Shown here: positions 23,001 to 34,655 of the stretch, piece by piece | How the letters are laid out: the number at the start of each line of letters is the position of its first letter | Position numbering within the stretch: position 1 is the first letter of the stretch | From: Camelus dromedarius | Lineage: Eukaryota | DNA: 64,000 bases | Reading direction: 5' to 3' | Assembly: GCF_036321535.1 (NCBI RefSeq) | Contig: NC_087438.1 | Coordinates: forward strand, 2,110,001-2,174,000 | The notes under the pieces: model-generated | What the model saw: only the letters and a program-made list of their open reading frames with translations | What the model was told of the DNA's origin: nothing | Databases searched by the model: none | Program-made: the position numbers and the translations under genes

Positions 23001-26000
23001 CAAGAAATGGCTCTGCTGTGGGTGAATAGCGGTTTATCTCTGTCTGCGGGTGCTGGCACCAACAGGGCTGCCTCCATCCGCAGCTCCCTCTTGTCTGTCA
23101 GGGGCTGAGGCATGGTCATCGCGTGATGCTCCTTCCCTGTGGTCCAGGGTGGACACGTGAACTGAGACGGCCAGCCCCGCGTCTCTGGTCACCCAGCTCT
23201 GTGTCCCTAGCTTTGCCGTTGCTGTCTGATGCCCTCAGAGATGCTTATTGTCCAGTGGGAATGCTGTCCACTGCCACTTCCCAGGGGAGCTAATGAAAAG
23301 GACTCAGATACAGGTGCCTTGTCGAGGATGAGGCTCATCTGACAACCATCTACTCTTTCTCCTACAGCATGAAATGCGGGAAGCTAATCTCAGAGCCAAA
23401 CGAGTGTGGGGAACGTCGTGGATCCATGGGTAGAGGGTGAAGTTCGCCACCCTCTTCACGGCCATCCTGAGGCCCACTGTGCTGGAAGGGACAGCTTCAC
23501 GGTTAGACTGCACCCTGCACCACTCTTCACCCCGACTTCGCATCTCCTGCCTCCCGGTGAGGGAAGATGTTATCGGGCTTTGCAGGGTCTGAGCAGCAGG
23601 ACAGCCGTGGCTCCCCGGTGACCAGGTGCCAAGAGCTGGATCAGTGAGTACCTGGCGGTGACGCAGCCCTCAGTGAACACCATCTCCATCCTACATAGTC
23701 ACCTCTGGCCCTTGTCTTAGAGAAGACAGTCTCTCCCATCACCCAGAACCCAGTTCCGATGGTGTCTGAAATGGGGCACTGAAGCCCAGTCACCTACCAT
23801 CAGACACGCAGGTGGATGGGCAAAGCTTCCCTCTGTCAAGACTGGGGATGTCTGCCAGCACCCGTGGTTGGTAAAATCTCTGTGTTCTTGTGCATTTGCT
23901 GACCTGGCTCTGGACAAGCTCGTGTATTACAGGGAACAGTGCCCCTGGGGGTCACATAGCCCGTCCCTGGGGCTTCAAGTTATGACCCCATCAAGCAGGC
24001 TGCTGGGTGAGAGCACCTGACTCCCTGCAAGAGGCCCCGATCCCGTGGCTCTGACTGCGGGTCATCCCTGGACCGTCCACGGTCCACGTGCAGTTGTGGC
24101 TTCACAGCCAACGTGAAGGTGACGCTCAGTGAGCACGGAGCAGCTGCTGTTCACCGTGTCGGACGTTCAAACTCTGGGTCTTCTGACAAACACGGAGACC
24201 ACGCGGAGATGCCCCAGCTACATGGTTGAAAGACCGTCACATCGCCTTCTGATGAAATTACTAACAAGTGGCTTTTTAGGGTTCTGAGGTGGGAAATCTA
24301 CACGAGACTACCGAAATCTCAAGACTTCTGCATATATGTGTAAACAGGATACCATTAAACCACGCGCTCAGTTATTTGAATCTTGTAAAGTAAGACCAGC
24401 GATTACGCTGGACGTGCCTCCGCTAAGACTCCCTTGTGCACGGTGGGGGCCAGACGCCAGGACCCTCCTTGCGGGGTGACGCGCCTCCCCATGGTCTGAC
24501 AGGGCCTGGGGTCACGGGAGGGAGGGAGGCAGGGCTGGTCCTGGAAGGAGCAGGGAAGCAGACAGCATTCCCCAGAGACCTGCAGCCTCTTCTTTCTTTC
24601 TAATCGTCCCTGATCCTAACCACTATGACCTCCCCCCGACCCGGGTGCCTCACCCCTCCCATGGGAATCTGGTGGACTCTGCATTCCGAGAGCTCTGGTC
24701 CAGGGGCCCCTCTGGGGTTTTGTCCTCAAGCCTCATCTCTGGTTGGTGAATTAATCTGGTCTTGGCCAGTTTTAGCCCCAGAAGCAGATGAAAAGGAGAT
24801 GGTGCAACGAGATTCTATGAAATCCATCACATAACGTTCAAGGTCAGCCATGTGGGTCTCAGGTTTACTGGATGGATCTCAAGTTGCCCCTGCTTGAAAG
24901 CCACCTGCTCAAAGCCGTCTCAATGGCTGTCCCAAGTAAGAGCAGCTCGTGGAAAATCCGAGCCCGGGCTGTGGAAGGGAAGCCTCTGCTTCAGATCCGG
25001 CACAGCCTGCAGCGCTGGGCGCGGGAAGCCTCCCGGTGGCTTCCATTTCTGCACCTCCGCCGGCCTCTCGCTGCAGGTTGTCCTTCCCGAGGGAGGGCGA
25101 GGTGTGAGAAGCGGGCGACTATGTGTCACTCGCACTGAAGTGAAGTGGCCTGTCCATGTGTCAGACGGAGTTCTCCACGCCAACCTGGCCACTGGGACTG
25201 CGTCTTCGCCAACCTGGCCAGCGCTGTGAATAAATGACAGTTTTGTGGGGCAGGAGACAAATGAGTGGTTCTCTCTGTCTCCTGCGGAGGCGAAGCTCCC
25301 TAGCAGGCCGGGCAGCTGGCTGTGTGCGGGCTGGGGGCGCCCCGTGGACGGGGTCCTGCATGGGGTCGGGGGGGATGGCTACGAGCTGGGGTGTCCCCCA
25401 CGACAAAGTGCAGTCCTGAGGGCTTGTGTCCTCGGTGCGCCTGCCCCAGAGCCTGCTCCTCCTGTGAGGGCACATTTCCATTCTTCTGGGGAGTTCCTGG
25501 ACTCAGCGTGGAGGGCGTCATGCAGCTGGGCTGGTCCCGGGGCTGGCGGATTCACAGCCAGGTCGCCTGGCCCAGGGGCTCAGCCGGGACGCACTCAGAA
25601 AAGAAGCACGAGGGGGCAGGCAGGACCACGGGAAGCGCGAGGGCGTGGCTGTGTAGGCGCGGGGAGTCGCCAGGGCTGCGGCACAGAGCGAGGACCCGGT
25701 CACTCAGGAGGACAGCTGCGATCTCACTGGCGACCCCCACCGGCCACTTCTGAAGAGCAGGCCGCAGAAGTCAGGAGGCCCGGGGGAGCAGAACGCGGGC
25801 CACCACCGGGGACTCTGTGAAAGCAGGTTTAGAGGGGGGGCCTGGACGCTGTTCTGCAAACCGCAGTCCTACCGATAAGCCTGTGCGTTGTTCCTAGTGC
25901 GCGAGACCTTGACCTACAGCCTCCATGTTTACAGTGACGAGGGTCAGTCTGAGAGAGGGCCACGAGACTCCAGCCCGTGACGCCCAGTGAGGCCGCGCCA

Positions 26001-26364
26001 GCTTCCCGCACTGCTGCCGAGATCCGGGCGGCTGAGACCACAGGAGTCCCCTCTGCCGCAGCTCCCGGCCAGGGCCCACCGGCCCCCAGACCCCCAGGGA
26101 GGCCCCTCCTTGCCTGCTCTGCCGTCTGGTGTCTCCAGCTGCTCCGGGGCGGGCGGCCGCGCCACTGCAATGCTTGTCCCCGCCTTCGCGTGTTTTTCTC
26201 CTCCATGTGCCTGCGTCTCAGATCTCCCCTTTGAGGGGCTGAGGGCAACAGAGCTGTTGCCTGTCCCTTTGGAATGGTGTCCACCAGGGCCCGTCTCTCA
26301 GGGATGCTGCTCCCAGGGGACCTTCACCACCATGACCTTCCAAGTCCAAGGCTGAAGACTCCTG

Positions 26365-26512
26365 ATGGGCGGTCTAATCCCAGCACCCGTCTCAGCGATC
26401 TCAGCTCGTGATCCATAACTTAATTCCAGCCACAAAGACTTTTTCTAAGTAAGGTCACGTTCGAGGCTCCTGTTGGCCGTCTCTTCGGGGAGGGGGCACG
26501 AGTCAGCCCTCT
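26365..26512 (-). mobile_element. MLT1 LTR 5' fragment
   Basis: TCCATAACTTAATTCCAGCCACAAAGACTTTTTCTAAGTAAGGTCACGTTC...GGGGGCACGAGTCAGCCC. Confidence 0.55.
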
Positions 26513-27999
26513 GCACCTCCCTACACGTCAAGTCCAACAGGCAATGCGTGTGCCGCATGCCGAGAACAGGGGCACGTTTACGTTGTTGCTTCAGTGTTCG
26601 TTCTAGAGAGACGGTGTCCTCCGTGGGGGGTGGAGGAGGGCGCGGCAGGGCAGGCACACCGGGGGCCCTGAAAGAAATGTCTGCTGAGGGTCTGTCCCTT
26701 TTCGAACTCCGTATAAGTCACAGGATAAAAGTCCCCGCAGTCAGGGCATGAATGTCTGCCTACACGTAAGGCAGAGAGCGGCTCGTATTGAAGGGGGGCC
26801 TGGGGTGTGACAGGGAGGACAATTAACGCTTGTCCTATCTTACCGGCTTTCTATAAGCTGTCTGTATCGTTTTAGAAGTCAGAAAACAAGCTATAATTCC
26901 CAGAACCAGCATTCCTGGTGACAGGCTATTTCACCCACAGAAAAAGGCGCGCTCAGGTCGGCCGACCGGCACGAGGTTCGAAGAGGCCCAGTGCGAGCCT
27001 CACAGAAACCCCGCGGCGCCTCGCACTTGGGAGGCGCTTTGGAGCCGGCCCGCAGCGTCCCAGGCCCTTCGCCTGAGAAAGTACACATGGACCAACGAGT
27101 TGGAGAAAAACATACTTAAAACAAGAAGGAAAGACAGTTCGACCTTCAGGATAACTTTCATCGTTCTTTTAACCAAGTAGACTTAAGTAATATGTATAGT
27201 GATTTCAAGGCCAACTCATAAAAGGCGCGATGAACTGGAAACCAGCTGTTTGGCGCTCATCCTGCTTTGGCCGTGAGACGATCTGAAACCATCCAGCAAC
27301 TTACACGCCGCTTTCAGGATTCTAACACGTGAGGGTCTGGATCTATGTATCCAGCCAAACCCTGGGTAGATGCAGCTGTTTCAGCAACTATGTGCCCGAC
27401 AACACACCCGCACCAGAGCTGAGACAACGGAAGAGAAAAAGGGATTTCTGGCTTTCACGGTCATATGTAAACAGCCAGCCGGACAGACCCCTGCCGTGCA
27501 GCAAAATGTCCAAATATTTTTAAGCAGTGGAGAGGAGACTTGCTAGGTGGCTTCCGGTGGCTCTGGGCGTTGATCATCACACTGCGCTTTGAGTCCCTTT
27601 CTCCACTTTGCGCCTGCGTCAGGCTGGCACCAAGCGACACGCTGCCCCTGCAGGTGCTTCCCATCCTCGGCTGTTTCTGCAGGTGTCCCGAAGCACCGGG
27701 GGCGTGGATGCAGGAAGCACCTGGGCTCTCTGCAGAGGGCAGACAGCGGTGCTGTGTGCCCGAGCGCCCGTGGTCGGGCCGTGCAGGCTGCAGCATGTGC
27801 AGTTGCAGGTGCGCCGTGTCTCCTGCCTGCCCCGGGGACAGACACAGGACCTTGTCCCGTGTCTCTTTGCAAAAGCAAGTCCAAGTCCCCTGGGAAAGAG
27901 TAAGACGAGAGAGGGTGAAGGGAGAGCTGGAAAGCAAGACCCCAGCTGAGGCTGGGGGAGGCGGTGCATTTAGGGGTCGGAGCTGGCACCAGCGGTGCT

Positions 28000-28380
28000 G
28001 GGTGATTAATTAATGCCTCGAGTCCACACCAGGTCCGCACAGGGCCCACAACGCCCCCAAGAGGGGCACGGGGCGGGGGGCGGGGAGACGCAGCTGAGAG
28101 AGGACAAACAGGCTGAGAAGGGGGACGGGTTTTAGTAACAAGATAGTTAATTGACCTTATTTTCCCCCCATTTATCACGGTCTGAGTTGAGCATTTCCTG
28201 AATAATAAGGAGGAAGTGAAGTCCATCAAGGTAAGTTGCCTAAACGCATGTCCATACCTGTCAATCACGCGCCCATGCAAGGGGACCAAAAGGCAGGAGC
28301 ACACCGCGCCGGGGAAGGTGGCGGCAGGTTAACCAGCCGGGCTGATAAATCACCCGCTTGATACGCTCTGTCAGGCTCGG
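28000..28380. promoter_or_regulatory. Candidate PBX-HOX/MEIS-type developmental enhancer
   Basis: TGATNNAT at 28003, 28170(-), 28343 and 28345(-); TGATTGACAG(-) at 28258-28267; TGACAG(-) at 28368-28373. The sequence is non-repetitive. Function is inferred from motifs only. Confidence 0.55.
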
Positions 28381-29661
28381 AGGGAAGGTTTTAGGAATTT
28401 TGAAAGTGACAACTTGGTTGATACCAAACAATTCTTTCCCCCAAAGTCCTGGTGACATAGAATTTTGGAGCTTGCATTTCCCTTTGCAGGGGGCGGGGTG
28501 TCTCTTCAGCTTGAGAGGCACTTGGGGTCGTCACTGTTTGTGTTCCCTTTTATATGTTATGTAAATATTTCACCTTTAACAAGTAGACTTCCCAAAGTAA
28601 AGGAATGTGCTGGAATCCTGCGGAGGGTCTTTTGGAAGCCACGAGCGAGCAGAGGAATGTTCTGGATGGACAACACATGTCTTTCCAAAGGGGTCCTCCT
28701 CTCACCCGGGAAGATGTTCTGGCAACACGCATCCGACAGGCAGCTGTTGCTATGGTGCATTTTTATAACTCCATCTCCCTTTCATCCCTGACGCCACTGA
28801 GCAAGACATCCGGGTCTGTTCATGGATTTGACCTCATATCTCTAAATACTTTAAAACTCCTGGGATAATGTTTATTATTAGCACAAATTAGGGGCAGTAA
28901 AATATCTAAAAGAGTCTGGCTAATAAATGAACTGAGCAGCTCATTCACGGCCAATCATCACGACCCCAGAATCACGAAATAGCGAGTCTGCACCTGATGT
29001 GTAGCCAGTGCTGCGAATTAACGCAAAGCCGCCCACGGGAGCCTGTTACCCGGAGCTGCTTCTGTGCTGTGGGCTCTTTCCCCACCGCTCTTCCTACAGC
29101 CAGGGCTGAAACCAGCCAGTCTTGCTGAGTGACGTTCAATTTTGGAAAGAAAATTGAAATTAGTAACTCAATTTTGCAGGATTAGAGCGATCCAAATCCA
29201 GAAAGAATTACTTCAAGCGTGTGGAAAACACTTCACAAAATCCACTGCATGGAAACCCTTTACAGGGTCCCTTGAAGGACTGACTATTCGCCAAAAATGT
29301 CTTCTGAGTAATGCTGCTTGGAGCTGAAGTGTGGAATTTTAACAAGGGTGGATTCCCAAAGCCGAGAGGCTTGCCACTGGTTCATGCAAGGGGACGCCGT
29401 CACTGCAGGCTTCCCCTTCGAGGCAGGGACCGGCTTACCCCCGTCTCTCCGTCAAGGTGCCTGTGGCTCTGGGCTCTTTGTGATGTGCACAAGCTCTCCC
29501 CGCTTCCCTGTTCTCAGCAGCAGTTAATCCAGGTGAGGAGTCTGAGGCAACTGCTCTCATCACGGTGCGGGGGCGGGGTGGTCCCTGAACGCTCCTGCTC
29601 TCAGAGTGAGACGGAGGTCTCCCCGGAATCCCACACGGGGAGAAACCAGGGCGGTGTCATC

Positions 29662-30087
29662 TGTGACGGTCGCTTCTCTCTGCCCCGGGGCGCCCAGGTG
29701 GTCAATTCTGCATGACTCTGGGTGTGTCTGTGAGGCTGCTTCAGGGCGAGATGGACATCAGATGGAGTAAAACAGACCATTGTCCCCCAGTGCGTGGGCC
29801 TCGGCCAGTCTGATGGAGGCTGGAGTACAACAAACGGCAGAGTGCGGGAGAGCTCTCTCTCGGCTCTGCTGTCTGAGCTGAGCCGCCAGTCCTTTCCTGC
29901 CTTGGAGCTAGGACTGGGACCACAGCATCCGCTCTCCTGGGCCTGCAGCTTGCAGGTGCCACACCTTAGGACCTCCCAGCCTCCACATATGTGTGAGCCA
30001 ATTCCTCATCGTGCCTTTCTCTCGACAGACGGAAAACAGGCAGACAGATGGACAGACAGGCAGACAGCCGATCTCCCTGACTGACGC
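29662..30087 (+). mobile_element. Solo LTR, ERVL MLT2-like
   Basis: Starts TGTGACGGT; contains TCTGGGTGTGTCTGTGAGG and CAGCCTCCACATATGTGTGAGCCAATTCCTCAT; has the internal simple-repeat tract; ends CCCTGACTGACGCA. Confidence 0.85.
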
Positions 30088-32283
30088 ACCAGCCTGAGCT
30101 CCCGGACAGCCCCTCCAGAGACAGCCCCTCCGTGCAGCATGGGCTCTACGTCGCTGCACAGAGGAGGCGCTGGCCGAATGTGGCCCCTCTTCTCAACACC
30201 GAGGAAGAGACCACATTCCTGCGTCTTGGGGTGAGGGTACAACTTTGCACATCCATTGAAGTCCAGGGAGCCAACTGGAAAGGGCTTCTGAGCACCGACT
30301 GGTCCTTCCTGATGTCTAGAGATGGTTCGGAGACACCAAAACCATTACACAGCATACTAAAGGTGTCTCCACAGCTGACCGTCACCTTTGAGCACAGTGC
30401 TTTAATTTAGCAGGATTCATTAGCTCAGGGTTTTCTCTATCAGCTTTATCTTCTCCACATCTTGCCTTTTTAGAGAAAGAAACTTACAAATTTCTTTTCA
30501 TAAATTATTCTAGTTCCTTTAAACGGGAAGAAAACCACTGGTGCCCCTAAAGCCTCGTTCTTGCTTCGCAGGCTCCATTGCACCCCGTCTGGGGGGGACC
30601 AGTCTGTGGCTTCAGCTTTTCATTTTGAGACAGGCAGTGATAACAGCTCACCCCCTCGTTGGCGACACGGTCTCCCGACGCCTCCATGTCGTGTGGACCT
30701 GAGGGAGAGGCGGCCTGTCAGAGGAGCCAGAGAGCAAGGAGCCGGGAGGGCTCAGCGGGTGGCGGCGCCCTCAGTCTCACGACCGCCAGGTGAGGCTGGA
30801 TGATGGTGCTTTTCTTAATTGGATTCCCACATAAAATGCAAGAGAGGGTGGACAAGTGGTAGGTAGACAATGACATTCCCCTCCAGAAGGAACCCAAGCA
30901 CGTAAACAGCCATCACGTAGGAGGAAGCACACGTGCATCCTTTTGAAAGAGAAACGCAGTCTGGAGGGACGAGGAGACAGCGCGGGGCCAAGGCTGCCAT
31001 CCTTCCCCGACAGCGGACAGCCCCGCGCTGCAGAGACCATGAGTTCTTGCATTTTCAGAGCAAATGAACTTGACAGATGGCCGTGCCACCCAAACCCCCA
31101 CCTACCAACTTGATTATGCAGAAAACAATACAATAGAAAAGAAATCATTACTGCAGGAACCTGGTTAGTCCGCAGAGGGCCAGAGAATGCAGAACAGAAT
31201 TACAGCGGGGGGATTGGACAGCAAGAATGCATTTAACATAAAGTGGGTTACAGCCAGGCAATCAGTCATGGCTAAAGCTATTGTCTGGGCTTGCTTGCAT
31301 GGTATATGAAGTCATCTGTCATCTTCCGCGGAATTTATGCTTGGCTTATGGGAGAAAACGACAAAGGTTTGCCAGGACACGGCTTGGTAGCCTTAAGTCG
31401 CTCGGTGTGGATGTGCAGAAGCAGAAGGGTGAGCCTCTCTGGAGGCTGCCCCGACCACACCGCTGGGGCACGCGCATCAGATGCCGAGGGGCGGAGGGTG
31501 AAGGACACAGCTTCACTTAGCTCCAACAGAGTGCAAGGCTGTCGCCACCAGCGCCAGGTGCACAGGAGTGCTGACTGAGAAGATAGGAGGCCAGAGGTCA
31601 GAAGGACTTTACAGAAGTCAGAAAAGAACGCTGCTGCAGGTGCAGAAAGCCTGGCCTGTCCCACTGGCAACAGTATGTGGTCGCAGGCCCCACTAAAGAT
31701 TCAAACACCGTCGTCCGTGTGACAGACCGCCGAGAACAACACTGTGGCTTCAGCTTCGCTAGGCGCGCCAGCCCCGCACGGGAAAGGTGCCACGCGCCAG
31801 CCTCCCCACTCTCCCCCTGAACGTCGGTGAGAGCTCGTGCCTGTCTTCCTGTGCGGAGTTTCTCCATCGAGAAACATCCGTCCCACGGTCGCTGCTCTGC
31901 GAGGCCACGCGGCCTGAAGGCCCAGCTCAGACTCGACTTCCAGCAGACACCCTGCCGACCGCGCGGTTTGCACCCCTGCTGTCATGAGACCCCCCCTTTT
32001 CCCGGCACTGCCTTCGTTTCGGTCCTGAGTCAGCGTTCTGATGGGACCCCGCACTCCCAGGACAAGGGCTGTGTCATTCCACCCACCTCGGGCGCTGCCA
32101 CCCGCTGCACACGGCCACCTCTCTGGGTGCAGGTGTGACATGTAGCGATAGGCGTGGTCCTCGCGTCGTGTCTGTAGAGAGCGCGGCAGCGTAGGCAGCA
32201 GCTTACGTGCCCTCAGAGCAGGGACACAGCCGCACACGGGTTTCGCAATTTAGTAACTTAGTATAATTTTAAATATAATTACA

Positions 32284-32920
32284 CAGTCACACCTGCTTGT
32301 GTTGCCTTCATCGGCACTGCATTTTGAAGGTCTGTGGCAACCGCCCATCAAACACGTCTATCGGCACCGTCATCCGAGCAGCATTTGCTCACTTTGTGTC
32401 TCTGTGTCACGTTTTACCAATTCCCGCAACGCGTCAGACGTCCTCACTTGTGGTGCAGTCATTACGGTGTCTGCGACCAGTGGTCTGGATGTCACTGCTA
32501 TGACTCGCTGAAGGCTTGGATGATGGTTAGTGAATTTTTTAGCAGTAGAGTATTTTTTATAGTTTGATATTTACTTTTTAAATTTCTATGTATTTATTTT
32601 TAATCTTTTTTTATGTTTATCTAATTTTTTTTTAATGGAGGTACTGGAGCTTGAACCCAGGGCCTCTTACATGCTAAGCACGTGCTCTACCCCTGAGCTG
32701 TGCCTCCCGCCTCCCAGCAATAGAGTACTTTTAAATTAAAAGGTGTACTTTTTTTTTTTTTAGACAGAATGCTTTTGTGTTCTTGATGGACGGCAGCATA
32801 GCATAAACTTGGCTTTTATACGCACTGGGAAACCAAAGTTCTGTGCGACTCCCCCCATCGTGATACTTGCTGTGTCAGGCGGTCTGGAACCCAGTCTGCA
32901 ATGTCTCCAAGGTCTGCCTG
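32284..32920 (+). mobile_element. Internally deleted Tigger1 (non-autonomous TcMar-Tigger DNA transposon), interrupted by a SINE
   Basis: The left arm (TTGAAGGTCTGTGGCAACC...TGCTCACTTTGTGTCTCTGTGTCAC) is joined at about 32500 to the right arm (GACTCGCTGAAGGC...GCACTGGGAAACCAAA...GGTCTGGAACC...ATGTCTCCAAGGTCTGCCTG). Termini are CAG...CTG. Confidence 0.9.
32558..32715 (-). mobile_element. tRNA-derived camelid SINE (Vic-1 type) with 17-bp TSD
   Basis: The minus strand reads GGGAGGCGGGAGGCACAGCTCAGGGGTAGAGCACGTGCTTAGCATGTAAGAGGCCCTGGGTTCAAGCTCCAGTACCTCC plus an A-rich tail, with A/B boxes. TSD: AGCAGTAGAGTATTTTT (32541-32557) and AGCAATAGAGTACTTTT (32716-32732). Confidence 0.9.
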
Positions 32921-34498
32921 TGTAATGGTAATATAATTACATGTAATATTATCTCTTACAATCTAATATATTAAAAACTTAATATAAATAATAATTTGTT
33001 GAGTTTAATTAATTAGAAACTTGTTAAAAATTAACCCAGGAATTATTTTGCAACTTTGGAAAGAAAGGAAACACTTTTCCAAAGCATTCACTATATGGCA
33101 TTATCACCACGGCTGCTTCCAGAGACATTTGTAACCAGTGACTTACGTCTTCCTTTTACATTTAGTTGATGAAAGATAAAAACTTGGCACTGCTATAACG
33201 ATGGCTTGTTTGTAACTTGTGTCAAAGTAAAGGACAAACACAAAAATGTCTGAGATTATTCTGACTTAAAAAAATCCACGTTCAGGGTTCCTTCTTCAAG
33301 AACCTGCAGGAAATGTGCTTTCCCAGAGTCAAAGCCAATGAGCAGAGGACAGATCCCATTCACCTAAAGTAGCTCATGAACTCGCCCATGAAGTCGCATT
33401 TGCTGGTAATTATGAGGCTCACAACCCTCGGATTCCGTTTACCCTGAATGGAAACGCCGCCCATCCTGGTGCAGGAGCCACAGCTGCGTCTCCGAAATAC
33501 ACAGTCACCAAGCCATGGGGCCCCAGGGTGCATGCTCGGCCTCCTCCCCTCTACTCCTCTGACAAGATAACACATTTGGGTGTCATCTCAGAGCTCGGAC
33601 CTGAGGGGCTCTTTGGGGACACCACCACTGGGCTGATTTCCAAGGGTTCTGGCTGCTCCTTGGAGCTCCCTCCACCCCGACTTTCCCGGGCAGGACGGAG
33701 GGGCTGGAGGAGCCCAGGGGCACCATGCGGGCATGGCTGAGAGGGAGCTGCATGGGTCTGGGTTCCAAGACTGTCACGCCTGTTTGCACCTGGGAATGAC
33801 AGCCCGGCCCACACCTTGACTGTAGCCCAGTGAGGCCCACTGCGGACGTCTGAACTCCAGACGATACAGTGAGAGTCGTGTGGTTCATCTGTGGTCATTA
33901 TTACAGCACCAATAGGAGATAAATACACCCCCCAGACCCCTGCGTCCCAGCTCTGCGGACCTCTCAAGGCCACGCCTCGCTTCTCCAGGGAGCAAACTCA
34001 CTTCTCGCTGAGACACGTACAGGTAAGCATCTAAGGATAAGCAGTAGCTGTAAAGGGGTGAACTTTGAGGTGAGGCGGACAGCTCTTTGGGGACAGGAAG
34101 CCCTCTCTGAAATTCACCTTCACAGCCCTAAAGTGACTGAGTGCACAGAAGTGACAAGTGTGAGTGGAGTGGCGTCTCCTCAGATGTCCCCTGATGGTCT
34201 GCCTGTTCTGGGACGGCACTCCCGGACGGTGCCACCCATCACAGAGGCCACAGAGGGATGAAGGGCCACCTCTGTGATGAAGAAACTGGGAGATTCGGAA
34301 ACCCAGGAACCATGGGCGGGCCAGCAACACAGAGAGTATCAACCACACATCTCCAGAGAGCCCGGCCCAATGGGATAGCGGGATTTTAGACGTGGGAGGA
34401 TCTGGGTCATGGCCCTGCATTCAAGTATCTGAGACACATTCTCTTGGACCTGAAGAATAGATATGCTGTGGATGTGACCTGCAGCCCAAGGCTCACTT

Positions 34499-34655
34499 TG
34501 TCTCACCTGGGTGAGGGCACCCCTATCTCACCTAGAGGGGGCTATCTCGTCTCACCTGGGTGAGGGCGCCCTCGTCTCACCTGGGTGGGGGCGCCCCCAT
34601 CTCACCTGGGTGAGGGCGCCCCCGTCTCACCTGGCCTGGGGCGCCCCTGTCTCAC
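34499..34655. repeat. 25-bp minisatellite, about 6 units, TCTCACCTGGGTGAGGGCGCCCCCG
   Basis: TCTCAC recurs at 34501, 34526, 34550, 34575, 34600, 34625 and 34650. Confidence 0.95.

Noticed and set aside
23339..23562. Possible spliced exon (CTGAC...TCTTTCTCCTACAG at 23367; GTGAGG donor at 23557)
   Set aside because: Pseudo-exons like this are common, the peptide is unrecognisable, and there are no partner exons. It needs RNA data.
27543..28304. 253-aa minus-strand ORF
   Set aside because: No domain, low-complexity composition, and it overlaps a motif-rich non-coding element and several other chance ORFs.
32636..32715. tRNA gene (also 45770-45838)
   Set aside because: tRNA-like A/B boxes are followed by an A-rich tail and flanked by TSDs, so these are SINE heads.
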